Source: a bacterium (GTDB lineage: Bacteria > Patescibacteriota > Minisyncoccia > Phycocordibacterales > CAIZIN01). Taken from it: a stretch of DNA of 64,000 bases. Position numbers and translations under genes: made by a program. The stretch covers positions 25,795 to 89,794 of the forward strand of contig JBAXQO010000001.1 of assembly GCA_037131675.1 (NCBI GenBank), read 5' to 3'. Below, in pieces: positions 39,023 through 47,782 of the stretch. Under the pieces are notes generated by a model that worked only from the letters and a program-made list of their open reading frames with translations, was not told the origin of the DNA and did not search any database. How positions within the stretch are numbered: position 1 is the stretch's first letter; each line of letters starts with the position of its first letter.

Positions 39023-39580
39023 TTAAAAAATACCAGACAAGCTAACCCAAACACCAAAAACCATAAGAGCTATGGAATACCAAATATCTAACATCCAATA
39101 TATTTTTAACTTATTTGCAAAAATAATAATCCAAACAAAAGGAAAAGCCAAAGCATAAAGAAATCTAAATGGGTGAAATATTCCCCATTGGGATAAAGCT
39201 TCTCTGCTTGCGATTCTAATATTTTCCACATCTGCATCACTTGGTATCGCATGAAATCCAATTGAAAAAATAATCCACACAACGACCCATAACCACAGCC
39301 CTCGCACATAAGAATAATTATTAACCAAAATGAAATGTGCACCTGCAGCACTAGAAACAATGGTAAGTATCGAATTAATAATAAGAGGTCCGATTGATAT
39401 CCAAAATGTCTGAAAATATTTAGAGGGAACGGCGTGATCAACATAACCTAAAGTTGTTCCAAATTTGAAATAGCGAACCTTATAAACTTCTACACCAAAC
39501 CAATCACAAAATTTTTTATGTGATAACTCGTGAATGATCACACCTGGAAATGTTAAGTATGAAATCAAAGTTCGAAACAT
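39023..39580 (-). CDS. Integral membrane protein with HExxH motif (DUF3267-like putative zincin)
   Basis: IIHELSHKKF motif in first TM region. 5-6 predicted TM segments. Confidence 0.4.
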   Translation of the reverse strand: MFRTLISYLTFPGVIIHELSHKKFCDWFGVEVYKVRYFKFGTTLGYVDHAVPSKYFQTFWISIGPLIINSILTIVSSAAGAHFILVNNYSYVRGLWLWVVVWIIFSIGFHAIPSDADVENIRIASREALSQWGIFHPFRFLYALAFPFVWIIIFANKLKIYWMLDIWYSIALMVFGVWVSLSGIF

Positions 39581-39718
39581 TTATTTATTGTACAGGAAAC
39601 TGAGAGAGTTTCATAAGTTTTAGAGGAAAGTAGCAGGCCGCGGTGATTCTGGTTATTTCAAAAATTTCTGATAACATCAAGTTTAGACAAACAATCAACC
39701 ATATTAGGAGAAAGTTCT

Positions 39719-40711
39719 ATGAAAAAAGTAGCAATTGTTGGTGTTGGAGCTGTTGGAACCGAGTTGGTTCGGCTGCTGGTAAAAAGGCAGTTTCCATTTA
39801 GTTCAATAGTAATATTGGCCCGTTCAGAAAGAACCGAAATCATCGACGGAGTTTCCTACCAAGTGAAGGTAGCAACCCCGGAATCATTCAACGGTATCGA
39901 TATTGCTTTCTTTGCTGGGACTGAAGGATCGAAAGGTGCTTCTCAAACTCTTGGATGGGAGGCGGTGAAAAGAGGCTGCATCGTGATTGATAACGGAGAC
40001 GACTTCAGGATGAATGAGCGGATCCCACTCGTTATCCCCGAAATCAATGCCGCAGCACTCAAGAATCACAAAGGATTCATCGCCAATCCCAACTGCAGTA
40101 CAATCATTGCTTTGATGCCCCTTGCACCTCTTCATCGAGTTGCAAAAATCAAGCGCATCATCGCATGCACATATCAGGCTGTTTCGGGAACTGGTGCGCA
40201 AGCAATTAAAGAGCTTGAAGACCAAAGCAAGGCTTGGGCGAAAAATCGACCCATGCGTGCCGAGGTATACCCGCATCAGATCGCGTTCAACGTGATTCCT
40301 TGTGTTGGATCGTTCAAGGACGAATCAGGAGAAAGCACTGAAGAGATAAAGATGCGTCGAGAGATGCATAAGATTCTTCAAGACTCTTCGATTAAGATTG
40401 CGAATACTTGTGTGCGTGTACCAGTCTTCAACGGCCATAGTATCGCGATTAATGTTGAGTTTGAAAAGATCATCGGTCCAGCCGAAGCGCGGGAAATTCT
40501 TAGACAATCGCATGGCGTGAGAGTTGTAGATAGTCCCGCAAACTCATTATATCCAATACCAATTAATGCATCAGGTCAGTTTGATGTGTTGGTGGGCAGG
40601 ATACGAAGAGATCCGAGCATTGAAAACGGTCTAATCCTTTGGTGTTCGGGCGACAACATCTGGAAAGGTGCTGCTCAAAATGCAATACAGATTGCTGAAC
40701 AGTTAATATAA
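39719..40711 (+). CDS. asd: Aspartate-semialdehyde dehydrogenase
   Basis: VAIVGVGAVG Rossmann, NPNCST active-site Cys motif. High GC relative to genome. Confidence 0.9.
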   Translation: MKKVAIVGVGAVGTELVRLLVKRQFPFSSIVILARSERTEIIDGVSYQVKVATPESFNGIDIAFFAGTEGSKGASQTLGWEAVKRGCIVIDNGDDFRMNERIPLVIPEINAAALKNHKGFIANPNCSTIIALMPLAPLHRVAKIKRIIACTYQAVSGTGAQAIKELEDQSKAWAKNRPMRAEVYPHQIAFNVIPCVGSFKDESGESTEEIKMRREMHKILQDSSIKIANTCVRVPVFNGHSIAINVEFEKIIGPAEAREILRQSHGVRVVDSPANSLYPIPINASGQFDVLVGRIRRDPSIENGLILWCSGDNIWKGAAQNAIQIAEQLI

Positions 40712-40715
40712 AACC

Positions 40716-40758
40716 CCAAGAGTTGGCGGAGAAATCCACCAACTCTTTTTTATGGATT
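40716..40758 (+). terminator. Terminator after asd
   Basis: AAGAGTTGG...CCAACTCTT stem (with internal GGA/TCC extension) followed by TTTTTTAT. Confidence 0.55.
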
Positions 40759-40870
40759 GACCAAATCCTGTTTTAGTTGTAATGTTTGGCCCACGATACC
40801 TGAGTAGGTGTCTCGTTCTTTTACAGAACAATTCAGTCAATCAACTTAAACTGAGGTACATAATAAACAT

Positions 40871-42259
40871 ATGGGGCAAAACACCCTGTTTGATAAAGTC
40901 TGGGATCTGCACACTGTGCGGAGTCTCGGTGGCCAAGATCAGATCTTGGTGGGTACGCATTTAATCCATGAGGTCACGTCTCCCCAGGCGTTTCCCATGA
41001 TCGAAGAACGCGACCTTTGCGTGCGCTTTCCGAAGCGTACGTTTGCCACGGTGGATCACATCGTGCCAACCGACGTGCGTTCGCGTCCTCTCCAGGACCC
41101 GATCGCGGAAACCATGCTCCAACACTTGGAGCGCAACACATCGAAACACAACATCGCCTTGTTCAACCTTGGAGACAAAGATCAAGGAATCGTACACATC
41201 ATCGGACCGGAATTGGGAATCACCCAACCCGGAATGGTGATCGCCTGCGGCGATAGCCACACCTCCACACACGGAGCGTTTGGTGCCATCGCCCTCGGCA
41301 TCGGAACAACTCAAATCGCATGCGTTCTGGCAACAGGATGTCTGCTTCTCGAGCGTCCGAAAGTGCGCAAGATCCAAATCGACGGTGCGCTCGGAGAAAG
41401 CGTAACTGCAAAAGACATCATTCTTGCGATCATCAATCGTTTGGGAGTCAAAGGTGGTATCGGCTTCGCTTACGAGTTTGCCGGCAGCGCCATCAGAGAG
41501 CTCGATATGGAAGCTCGCATGACGATCTGCAACATGTCGATCGAAGGCGGCGCGCAGTGCGGTTACATCAATCCGGATGAACACACCATCGAATATCTGC
41601 ATGATCGGAAATACGTGCCGAAAGGTAACAATTACCAAAAAGCAGTGACGTGGTGGCTCAGTCTCGCATCGGGACCCGACGCGGAATACGACGATATCTT
41701 CGAACTTCCCGCAGAGGAAATCGAACCTATGATGACTTATGGGATCACTCCCGGACAGTCAATCGGCGTTAGCCAAATCATCCCAATCAACGCACCACAA
41801 GATGCACTTGATTATATGCTTCTTGAAGCAGGTAAACCTCTTCTCGGAACAGAAGTGGACGTTGCTTTCATCGGCTCATGCACTGAAGGTCGCATTAGCG
41901 ACTTCCGCGAAGCGGCAAATCTGATCAAGCGATACGGACTCAAAGTTGCACCTGGCGTTACCGCCCTTGCTGTTCCTGGTTCTGAAGCCGTTCGCCGTCA
42001 GGCTGAACAAGAAGGTCTCCACAAGATCTTCATCGAATCAGGATGGCAGTGGCGTGAGGCAGGTTGCAGCATGTGTTTAGCAATGAATCCCGACAAACTC
42101 AGGGGGAGCCAGTTGTGTGCATCAAGTTCAAATCGGAACTTCAAGGGTCGGCAAGGAAGCCCAACAGGGCGTACAGTGCTGATGTCATCGTTGTCAGTTG
42201 TCGCATGTGCGACGGCTGGGAAGATCGCAGACGTTCGTGAAATCATCGGAAGGAACTAA
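40871..42259 (+). CDS. leuC: 3-isopropylmalate (or homoaconitate) dehydratase large subunit
   Basis: Aconitase-family motifs [15 protein letters not shown]. High GC. Confidence 0.9.
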   Translation: MGQNTLFDKVWDLHTVRSLGGQDQILVGTHLIHEVTSPQAFPMIEERDLCVRFPKRTFATVDHIVPTDVRSRPLQDPIAETMLQHLERNTSKHNIALFNLGDKDQGIVHIIGPELGITQPGMVIACGDSHTSTHGAFGAIALGIGTTQIACVLATGCLLLERPKVRKIQIDGALGESVTAKDIILAIINRLGVKGGIGFAYEFAGSAIRELDMEARMTICNMSIEGGAQCGYINPDEHTIEYLHDRKYVPKGNNYQKAVTWWLSLASGPDAEYDDIFELPAEEIEPMMTYGITPGQSIGVSQIIPINAPQDALDYMLLEAGKPLLGTEVDVAFIGSCTEGRISDFREAANLIKRYGLKVAPGVTALAVPGSEAVRRQAEQEGLHKIFIESGWQWREAGCSMCLAMNPDKLRGSQLCASSSNRNFKGRQGSPTGRTVLMSSLSVVACATAGKIADVREIIGRN

Positions 42260-42264
42260 ACACC

Positions 42265-42876
42265 ATGTTGAAAAAAATCAGACAAATCTCGGGCGGTGCT
42301 TTTCATCTCCCGGGCAACGACATCGATACCGACCGGATCATTCCGGCACGGTTCCTCAAGTGCGTGACCTTCCAAGGTCTCGGCAACCATGTCTTCGAGG
42401 ACGATCGCGCTCAGCTTAATGGGCGCCATCCCTTCGACGACAAGTCCAACAAGGGGTGCAATATCCTCGTGGTGGACGAAAACTTCGGTTCCGGCTCGAG
42501 CCGTGAACATGCAGTTCCTGCTCTCACTCAGTGGGGCATTCAGGCAATCATCGGCCTTTCGTTCGCTGCGATCTTTCGTGGCAACGCGGTCGGCAACGGC
42601 TTGGCATGCGTCACGGTGACCAAGGAAGAACACGAGTGGATCACTCGTTGTGTGACCGGCATCGGAGGAACCATCTTCCGGGTCGACTTGGAACAAATGA
42701 AAGTGCTCATGTTCCAGGGAATGCCACACGACCCTTCCTACGGCACATGCGAAATGCCGGACTCACACCGCGAAAAGCTGATTACTGGAACCTGGGACGA
42801 TATCGCGACCTGCCTCACCGCAGAAAGCGCGATCGAAGAAACGGCGGCTCGTCTGCCGTACTTCGCCGGCGTTTAA
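42265..42876 (+). CDS. leuD: 3-isopropylmalate dehydratase small subunit
   Basis: LPGNDIDTDRIIPARFLK swivel-domain motif. 5 nt after leuC stop. Confidence 0.9.
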   Translation: MLKKIRQISGGAFHLPGNDIDTDRIIPARFLKCVTFQGLGNHVFEDDRAQLNGRHPFDDKSNKGCNILVVDENFGSGSSREHAVPALTQWGIQAIIGLSFAAIFRGNAVGNGLACVTVTKEEHEWITRCVTGIGGTIFRVDLEQMKVLMFQGMPHDPSYGTCEMPDSHREKLITGTWDDIATCLTAESAIEETAARLPYFAGV

Positions 42877-43035
42877 CCGGATCAGACTCCAGGATTGTTC
42901 CTGCATAAACTACCTTGTCTCCCAAAAAGGGGCGAGGTATTTTTTTATATATAAATTGACTAAATCTCAAAAAAGATTAAGGTTGGTGTGGGTAATAATA
43001 AAGACCTAGTTCTTTTAGACAACAATAAAGGAAAG

Positions 43036-44016
43036 TTATGACATCTTAAACACAAAAGGATAAGGTATATATTCAGAGACAAACTTTTGTAGATCGTTCA
43101 TTTTCAATGGGGTAAATATAAAATTGAAAGAATTTATCGATATGTTGTAATTAATCATATCGACAATTTCTCTGTTTACTGGAGAAATAATTTCCTTGAT
43201 ATCTCTTCTGAAAAGCATGACTGCCAAATTTCTTGTGAGTGGAAAGTATAGTTCCACATGAAGACTCATCAGATTTTTGTAACCATTGTAAAAATCCACC
43301 TTTTCTTTCGGTACAAAATATACAACCGGACAATCAGAAGTTATAAAATGCCTTTTATTATTTGAACGAACTATTGTCATGGTCATCCCTGAAAAAATAC
43401 CCAAATGTTTCTCGATTCCTAGGAGCGCATATTTCAGAAAGTATCCATTAGGATATTCAAAGTTATATTTTTTATCTACTATCATCTTTCTCATTTTTTC
43501 AGCTTCTTCCTCAGATATATCTTCTCCTGATATCTCTTTATAGTCTGCAACGATTTCTTTTGCTGATTTTCTTTTATAATCTTCAGACATGAAGTGCTTT
43601 TTCATTAAAGAATCCATCTCTTCAATTTGAGCCTTAAACTGTGGAGTTCTCAATCTCATACACGATAGAAAGAGGCATATCTTTTGCTTTAAATCTTGGT
43701 TAATTTCTGCACCATCTGGCATTTTTTCTATTTCTGAGATTATCGAACTATAATCAGATTCTCCTAGATCGGAAAATATTTGTTCAATATCATCGTTTTT
43801 AACCCCTTCTATTTCAAGAGTGTATAAATTATTTTCAAGCCCGATATTTTTTAAACCTTCTTCTCCTTTAACACCAAAGATTCTTTTATCTTCCGTGACT
43901 GATTTGTCTTTAAAGAATTTTTCTCCTTTCTTATATACAAATAGGGTGCCATCCAAGAGAAAATGTTTAAGGTATGTCTGAGGTATATAATGATTTCTTG
44001 TTGTTATTTCCGTCAT
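43036..44016 (-). CDS. DUF4238-family protein
   Basis: N-terminal RNHYIPQTYLKHF matches the conserved DUF4238 start (HYxPQFYLKxF). Start at ATG 44014-44016. AT-rich, unlike adjacent asd-leuCD. Confidence 0.55.
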   Translation of the reverse strand: MTEITTRNHYIPQTYLKHFLLDGTLFVYKKGEKFFKDKSVTEDKRIFGVKGEEGLKNIGLENNLYTLEIEGVKNDDIEQIFSDLGESDYSSIISEIEKMPDGAEINQDLKQKICLFLSCMRLRTPQFKAQIEEMDSLMKKHFMSEDYKRKSAKEIVADYKEISGEDISEEEAEKMRKMIVDKKYNFEYPNGYFLKYALLGIEKHLGIFSGMTMTIVRSNNKRHFITSDCPVVYFVPKEKVDFYNGYKNLMSLHVELYFPLTRNLAVMLFRRDIKEIISPVNREIVDMINYNISINSFNFIFTPLKMNDLQKFVSEYIPYPFVFKMS

Positions 44017-44028
44017 AATTAAGATTAT

Positions 44029-44062
44029 ACTAGAAGATCCTCGTGCTATCACGAGGATCTTC
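44029..44062 (-). promoter_or_regulatory. Perfect 14-bp inverted repeat (AGAAGATCCTCGTG-ctat-CACGAGGATCTTCT) abutting a TATAAT box 8 nt upstream of the DUF4238 start
   Basis: Seen directly. Geometry suggests an operator overlapping the -35 region. Confidence 0.45.
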
Positions 44063-44253
44063 TATGCGACGTATGTCGTGCTACCTGCTGTTGGCGGAGA
44101 GAGGGAGAGTTTCTCCTTCGACTCAAAACTTTTTCGCCAAAAAGTTTTGGTCTAGGCACCGCCTCATGAATTTCTTTTGCTAAAGAAATTCTATTCCGGC
44201 GTTTGAATCTCCCAAAAAACTGCTACCCAGCATTTTTTTCTCTCCTCAAAAAG

Positions 44254-44275
44254 AAAAACCCTTTCGGGTTTTCTT
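44254..44275 (-). terminator. Terminator after tRNA-Ser
   Basis: GAAAACCC-GAAA-GGGTTTTC then T-run on minus strand. Confidence 0.5.
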
Positions 44276-44278
44276 TTG

Positions 44279-44365
44279 CGGAGAGAGGGAGATTCGAACT
44301 CCCGGGACCAATTAAGGTCCGGCGGTTTAGTAAACCGCTGGTTTAAACCACTCACCCATCTCTCC
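44279..44365 (-). tRNA. tRNA-Ser-like type II tRNA; anticodon loop reads UUACUAA (ACU, decoding AGU)
   Basis: Hand fold. Acceptor GGAGAGA/TCTCTCC + discriminator G as in E. coli tRNA-Ser. 3-bp D-stem. Long variable arm GGACC-TTAATT-GGTCC. T-arm GGGAG-TTCGAAT-CTCCC. A at position 34 is unusual, so anticodon call is tentative. Confidence 0.7.
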
Positions 44366-44449
44366 ATATATTCCACTTCGTACTTTCACTTTACTTCTCT
44401 CCTTCGATAAACATATTAACTAAAAAAACTAAATATTACCAGAGCAAAT

Positions 44450-44476
44450 AAAAAGCCACAAAATGTGGCTTTTTGT
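44450..44476. terminator. Bidirectional hairpin terminator
   Basis: AAAA-AGCCACA-aaa-TGTGGCT-TTTTG. Confidence 0.5.
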
Positions 44477-44493
44477 TTTTGAAAAATCAAAAT

Positions 44494-44598
44494 CTACTTG
44501 TTTTTTGCAAGTCGTGCATGCTTAGCCACGAGTCGCTTTTTAGTTTTTGTAGAACGAGATTTTTTGTTTTTAATATCTTGACTTACTCTTTTTGCCAT
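44494..44598 (-). CDS. Unannotated 34-aa highly basic ORF (MAKRVSQDIKNKKSRSTKTKKRLVAKHARLAKNK); possible small ribosomal-type protein
   Basis: ATG..TAG ORF below the ORF-track cut-off, read manually; composition like small ribosomal proteins. Identity not established. Confidence 0.3.
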   Translation of the reverse strand: MAKRVSQDIKNKKSRSTKTKKRLVAKHARLAKNK

Positions 44599-44710
44599 AT
44601 ACTCATAACTATACACCATTAGAAAACAATAATAAAGAGTTATTTCTCATACACTAAGTGCGTTAAATAATTCAGCTGCATCTTCTTCGTTTTCAGCACT
44701 ACATTATATT

Positions 44711-45364
44711 TTATTGACTAAGATTAAATTTGGCAGCCTCTTCCAATAAATAGATAACTTCTTCATCTGACGTTTGGTTAAATTCCTTATACCACCCTCC
44801 AACAGAGACTAGATCTTCTACTTCTTTTAAACAAACAACATAATCAACTAGATCTCTCAGTTTTTTTGCAGCATCTTTGCTACACACCGGTGAAGCAAAG
44901 ATAATAGTTTTTGGTTTTTGGATAATTTTTACAGATTCAATCGCAGCTAAAGCAGTCACTCCAGTTGCAAGCCCGTCATCCACTATAATCACAGTATCGG
45001 TAACAACATTTTTGCTGTATTCTCCACTATTATAGTGAACCATTCTTCGATCCATTTCTTTTAATTCATTTTCTACAATAATATCAATGTCTTCTCTCTT
45101 TAAGTCTAAAGATTGAATAGAAGAATTATTAAAAATAATAATGTCACCAGGAGCAATTGCACCTACACCAAACTCAGGATCTGCTGGTGAACTAATTTTT
45201 CTAGCAACAATTGTATCTAGCGGCGAGTTTAGTTTTTTTGCAATTTCAAATCCAACAGGCACTCCACCCCTAGGTAAAGCAAGAACAACTAAATTATCTG
45301 ATTTATAAGATAATAATAGCTCTGCTAACTGCTTCCCAGCTTCTGTTCTATCTTTAAATTCCAT
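44711..45364 (-). CDS. Type I phosphoribosyltransferase-family protein
   Basis: VIIVDDGLATGVT PRPP-binding motif. Confidence 0.6.
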   Translation of the reverse strand: MEFKDRTEAGKQLAELLLSYKSDNLVVLALPRGGVPVGFEIAKKLNSPLDTIVARKISSPADPEFGVGAIAPGDIIIFNNSSIQSLDLKREDIDIIVENELKEMDRRMVHYNSGEYSKNVVTDTVIIVDDGLATGVTALAAIESVKIIQKPKTIIFASPVCSKDAAKKLRDLVDYVVCLKEVEDLVSVGGWYKEFNQTSDEEVIYLLEEAAKFNLSQ

Positions 45365-45371
45365 ATTTTTA

Positions 45372-45611
45372 CTATTTCATAAGATCAGATTTCTTCTGCT
45401 CGAATTCTTCTTTATTTATTTCTCCCTTTGCATAGCGCTCTTTTAGTATATCTACCGCCTCATCTTTTTCCTCATGCCAACCATGATACATTCCACGATA
45501 TCGCGGACCTCTAATAAGCCTGATTATCACTCCAATTATTATGACCAAAAAAATAATCCACAAAATACCTCCCAATGGTTCAAAACCATACATTCCATAT
45601 GATCCACACAT
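45372..45611 (-). CDS. SHOCT-domain small membrane protein
   Basis: One TM helix plus C-terminal ILKERYAKGEINKEEFEQKKSDL (SHOCT pattern). Confidence 0.6.
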   Translation of the reverse strand: MCGSYGMYGFEPLGGILWIIFLVIIIGVIIRLIRGPRYRGMYHGWHEEKDEAVDILKERYAKGEINKEEFEQKKSDLMK

Positions 45612-45821
45612 AATATTTTTGATTAGAAATTTTTAATAAACAACAAAATACCACCACCACAAAGTCGACCTTTGTTTTTAGTGACTTCCTAATTCTATTT
45701 TGTTGAGATTAAAGATTTGATGAACTCACAATAAAATTCATTAACAAACCCTTACATTTTCACTTCTTTATAATACCTATGAAACAGAGCAATAATAGGG
45801 CCTACATGGTACAATATTCTC

Positions 45822-46688
45822 GTGAAAAATTTATTCTCAAAAACACGTGTTTACGCGGCAATAGGAACATTTTGTCTACTTGCTCTAACAGGCTATGGCG
45901 AATACAACTACTACTCCCTTAAAAACCACACAAACGAAGTAGAACTCAACCTTGAACAAGCACTCAAAGAACTTTCTACCCTACAAACAGAAAACGTAGA
46001 CCTCACTTCAAAACTATCGCAAGAAAAACAGACAAACGATTCTTTTACGGAACAGATAGGTAAAATTTCTTCTTCCGTCGGAACACTAGAAAAACTCTAC
46101 AAAACAGACCCTCAACTTTTACAAAAATATTCAAAAATATATTTCCTAAATGAAAATTATATTCCTTCAAATCTTACAGAAATAGATTCAAAATACTTGA
46201 GTGATGCAAAGAAAACTCTTCAAATCCATTCTGGAGTATGGCCACACCTCAAGCAGATGTTTGTAGATGCCGAGGATGATGGGGTTAATCTTAGGGTTAT
46301 TTCTGCATATAGATCATTTAACACACAAGCCGCGGTAAAACTTGAATACAAAACCCTTTATGGATCCGGTGCAAATAAATTCTCTGCGGACCAAGGATAT
46401 TCTGAACACCAACTCGGTACCACCGTAGACCTAGACACAGTAAGTTCTACAACAACACTCAAAACATCATTTGAAAAAACAAAAGCTTTTGAATGGTTAA
46501 ATAAAAATGCATATAAATATGGATTCACACTTTCATATCCTAAGAAAAATACATATTACCAATTTGAACCTTGGCATTGGAGATTTGTGGGAGTTAATCT
46601 TGCAAAAAAACTTCACGAGAATGGTCAATATTTTTATGAAATGGACCAACGAACAATAAACACATATTTAGCAAACTTTTTTGATTAA
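45822..46688 (+). CDS. M15B/VanY-family D-Ala-D-Ala carboxypeptidase with N-terminal TM and coiled coil
   Basis: RVISAYRS...YSEHQLGTTVDLD matches the VanY SxHxxGxAxD zinc-binding region. Confidence 0.65.
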   Translation: MKNLFSKTRVYAAIGTFCLLALTGYGEYNYYSLKNHTNEVELNLEQALKELSTLQTENVDLTSKLSQEKQTNDSFTEQIGKISSSVGTLEKLYKTDPQLLQKYSKIYFLNENYIPSNLTEIDSKYLSDAKKTLQIHSGVWPHLKQMFVDAEDDGVNLRVISAYRSFNTQAAVKLEYKTLYGSGANKFSADQGYSEHQLGTTVDLDTVSSTTTLKTSFEKTKAFEWLNKNAYKYGFTLSYPKKNTYYQFEPWHWRFVGVNLAKKLHENGQYFYEMDQRTINTYLANFFD

Positions 46689-46724
46689 ACTCAAGAAAAT
46701 ATTAAAAAGATAGAGATTATATAA

Positions 46725-46760
46725 AACAAAAATGACACACCACGTGTGTCATTTTTGTTT
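46725..46760. terminator. Bidirectional terminator
   Basis: ATGACACAC-cac-GTGTGTCAT stem flanked by A-run/T-run. Confidence 0.6.
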
Positions 46761-46777
46761 TATTCTTTCAATTAAAA

Positions 46778-47356
46778 TTATTTCTTCTTTGCTACAACTT
46801 TTTTCTTTGGAGCAATTTTGGTGTCTGATTTTTTTGAAACAACAGGAGTCTTCTTTATTTCTTTCTTAGGACCAGCAACTACTTTTTCAACTTTTTTTTC
46901 TACATTAACCTGTATTGGAGAAACAACAGGAGCAGCAACATTCTTGCTAAGTAGTTCTATTAATTTATCTAATTTAACATTTAAAGTCTCAAACTGACGC
47001 TTAGAGTCGTCAAACTGAGGTCTTACTTGTGGTTGAGCTGGAGAAAAATCTCTCTTAGGATATTCACGTTTTGGCGCAAAATCTCTCTTAGGATAATCCT
47101 CTCGTGGAGAATCCTCTCTCCTACTACTGAAACATTCATTACAATAAACTGGCTTATTACCATTTGGACGAAAAGGAACTTCGCATTGTTTATGACATTC
47201 AGCACACGTAGTACTAAACATTTCTGATTGACCATCGTTTCTACCACCTGATCGGCCACCAAAACTTGGTCTACCACCAAAACTTGGACGTCCTCCTCCA
47301 AATTCTCGCTTTTTAAAACCTCCACCAAAACCTCCTGATTTTCTGAATTCGCCCAT
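46778..47356 (-). CDS. Gly/Arg-rich protein with CxxC...CxxC zinc ribbon and Lys-rich tail
   Basis: GGFGGGFKKREFGGGRPSFGGRPSFGG repeats, CAECHKQCEVPFRPNGNKPVYCNECF ribbon, tandem PKRDF/PKREY repeats visible in DNA. Confidence 0.45.
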   Translation of the reverse strand: MGEFRKSGGFGGGFKKREFGGGRPSFGGRPSFGGRSGGRNDGQSEMFSTTCAECHKQCEVPFRPNGNKPVYCNECFSSRREDSPREDYPKRDFAPKREYPKRDFSPAQPQVRPQFDDSKRQFETLNVKLDKLIELLSKNVAAPVVSPIQVNVEKKVEKVVAGPKKEIKKTPVVSKKSDTKIAPKKKVVAKKK

Positions 47357-47506
47357 ATTTTTTATTATATTTTATTTATTATTACTTAAAAACAGTATTT
47401 TTGGAGAGTTGAGACTCTTAGAAAACTGATTCGCTTAAGTATAGCACAAAAATAGAAAAAAGCTAGTCTAACTAACAAAACCTACGAAAGCATAGCAGCT
47501 TATTAT

Positions 47507-47752
47507 TTAGAGCCCTAAAAGTTTCCGCTTTTCAGCTTTTGTAAGTTTCTTTATTATACATTCTCTTTTCAGAGCCTGACCTTTTGTTTCTAGAGTCTCA
47601 AAATATTTCAAACTAACAGGCCTACGAATCTTGGTGTAGTGCGCAGCAGATTTTAGATTATTGTGAACATAAAGCCTTCTTTCAAGGTTGTTTGTATAAC
47701 CAGTATAAAAAGTACCATCAGCACATTCAAGTATGTATACAAAGTAAGACAT
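47507..47752 (-). CDS. GIY-YIG nuclease-domain protein (UPF0213/YhbQ-like)
   Basis: YFVYILECADGTFYTGYTNNLERRLYVHN matches GIY-YIG. Confidence 0.7.
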   Translation of the reverse strand: MSYFVYILECADGTFYTGYTNNLERRLYVHNNLKSAAHYTKIRRPVSLKYFETLETKGQALKRECIIKKLTKAEKRKLLGL

Positions 47753-47782
47753 AAATTTATTACAATCCTTTATGTAAAAGTT

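Noticed and set aside
40782-40964. Leu-rich 60-aa ORF (MFGPRYLSRCLVLLQ...) upstream of leuC, considered as a possible leucine attenuation leader peptide
   Set aside because: Too long for a leader peptide and overlaps leuC start. The Leu cluster is only 3-4 residues. No obvious alternative terminator/antiterminator pairing was identified. Left as unlikely.
40961-42908. Numerous antisense/overlapping ORFs in the asd-leuCD block (e.g. 40961..41638, 42256..42729, 42531..42908)
   Set aside because: These are the expected consequence of high GC (few stop codons) within genuine, well-conserved asd/leuC/leuD frames. No independent coding evidence.
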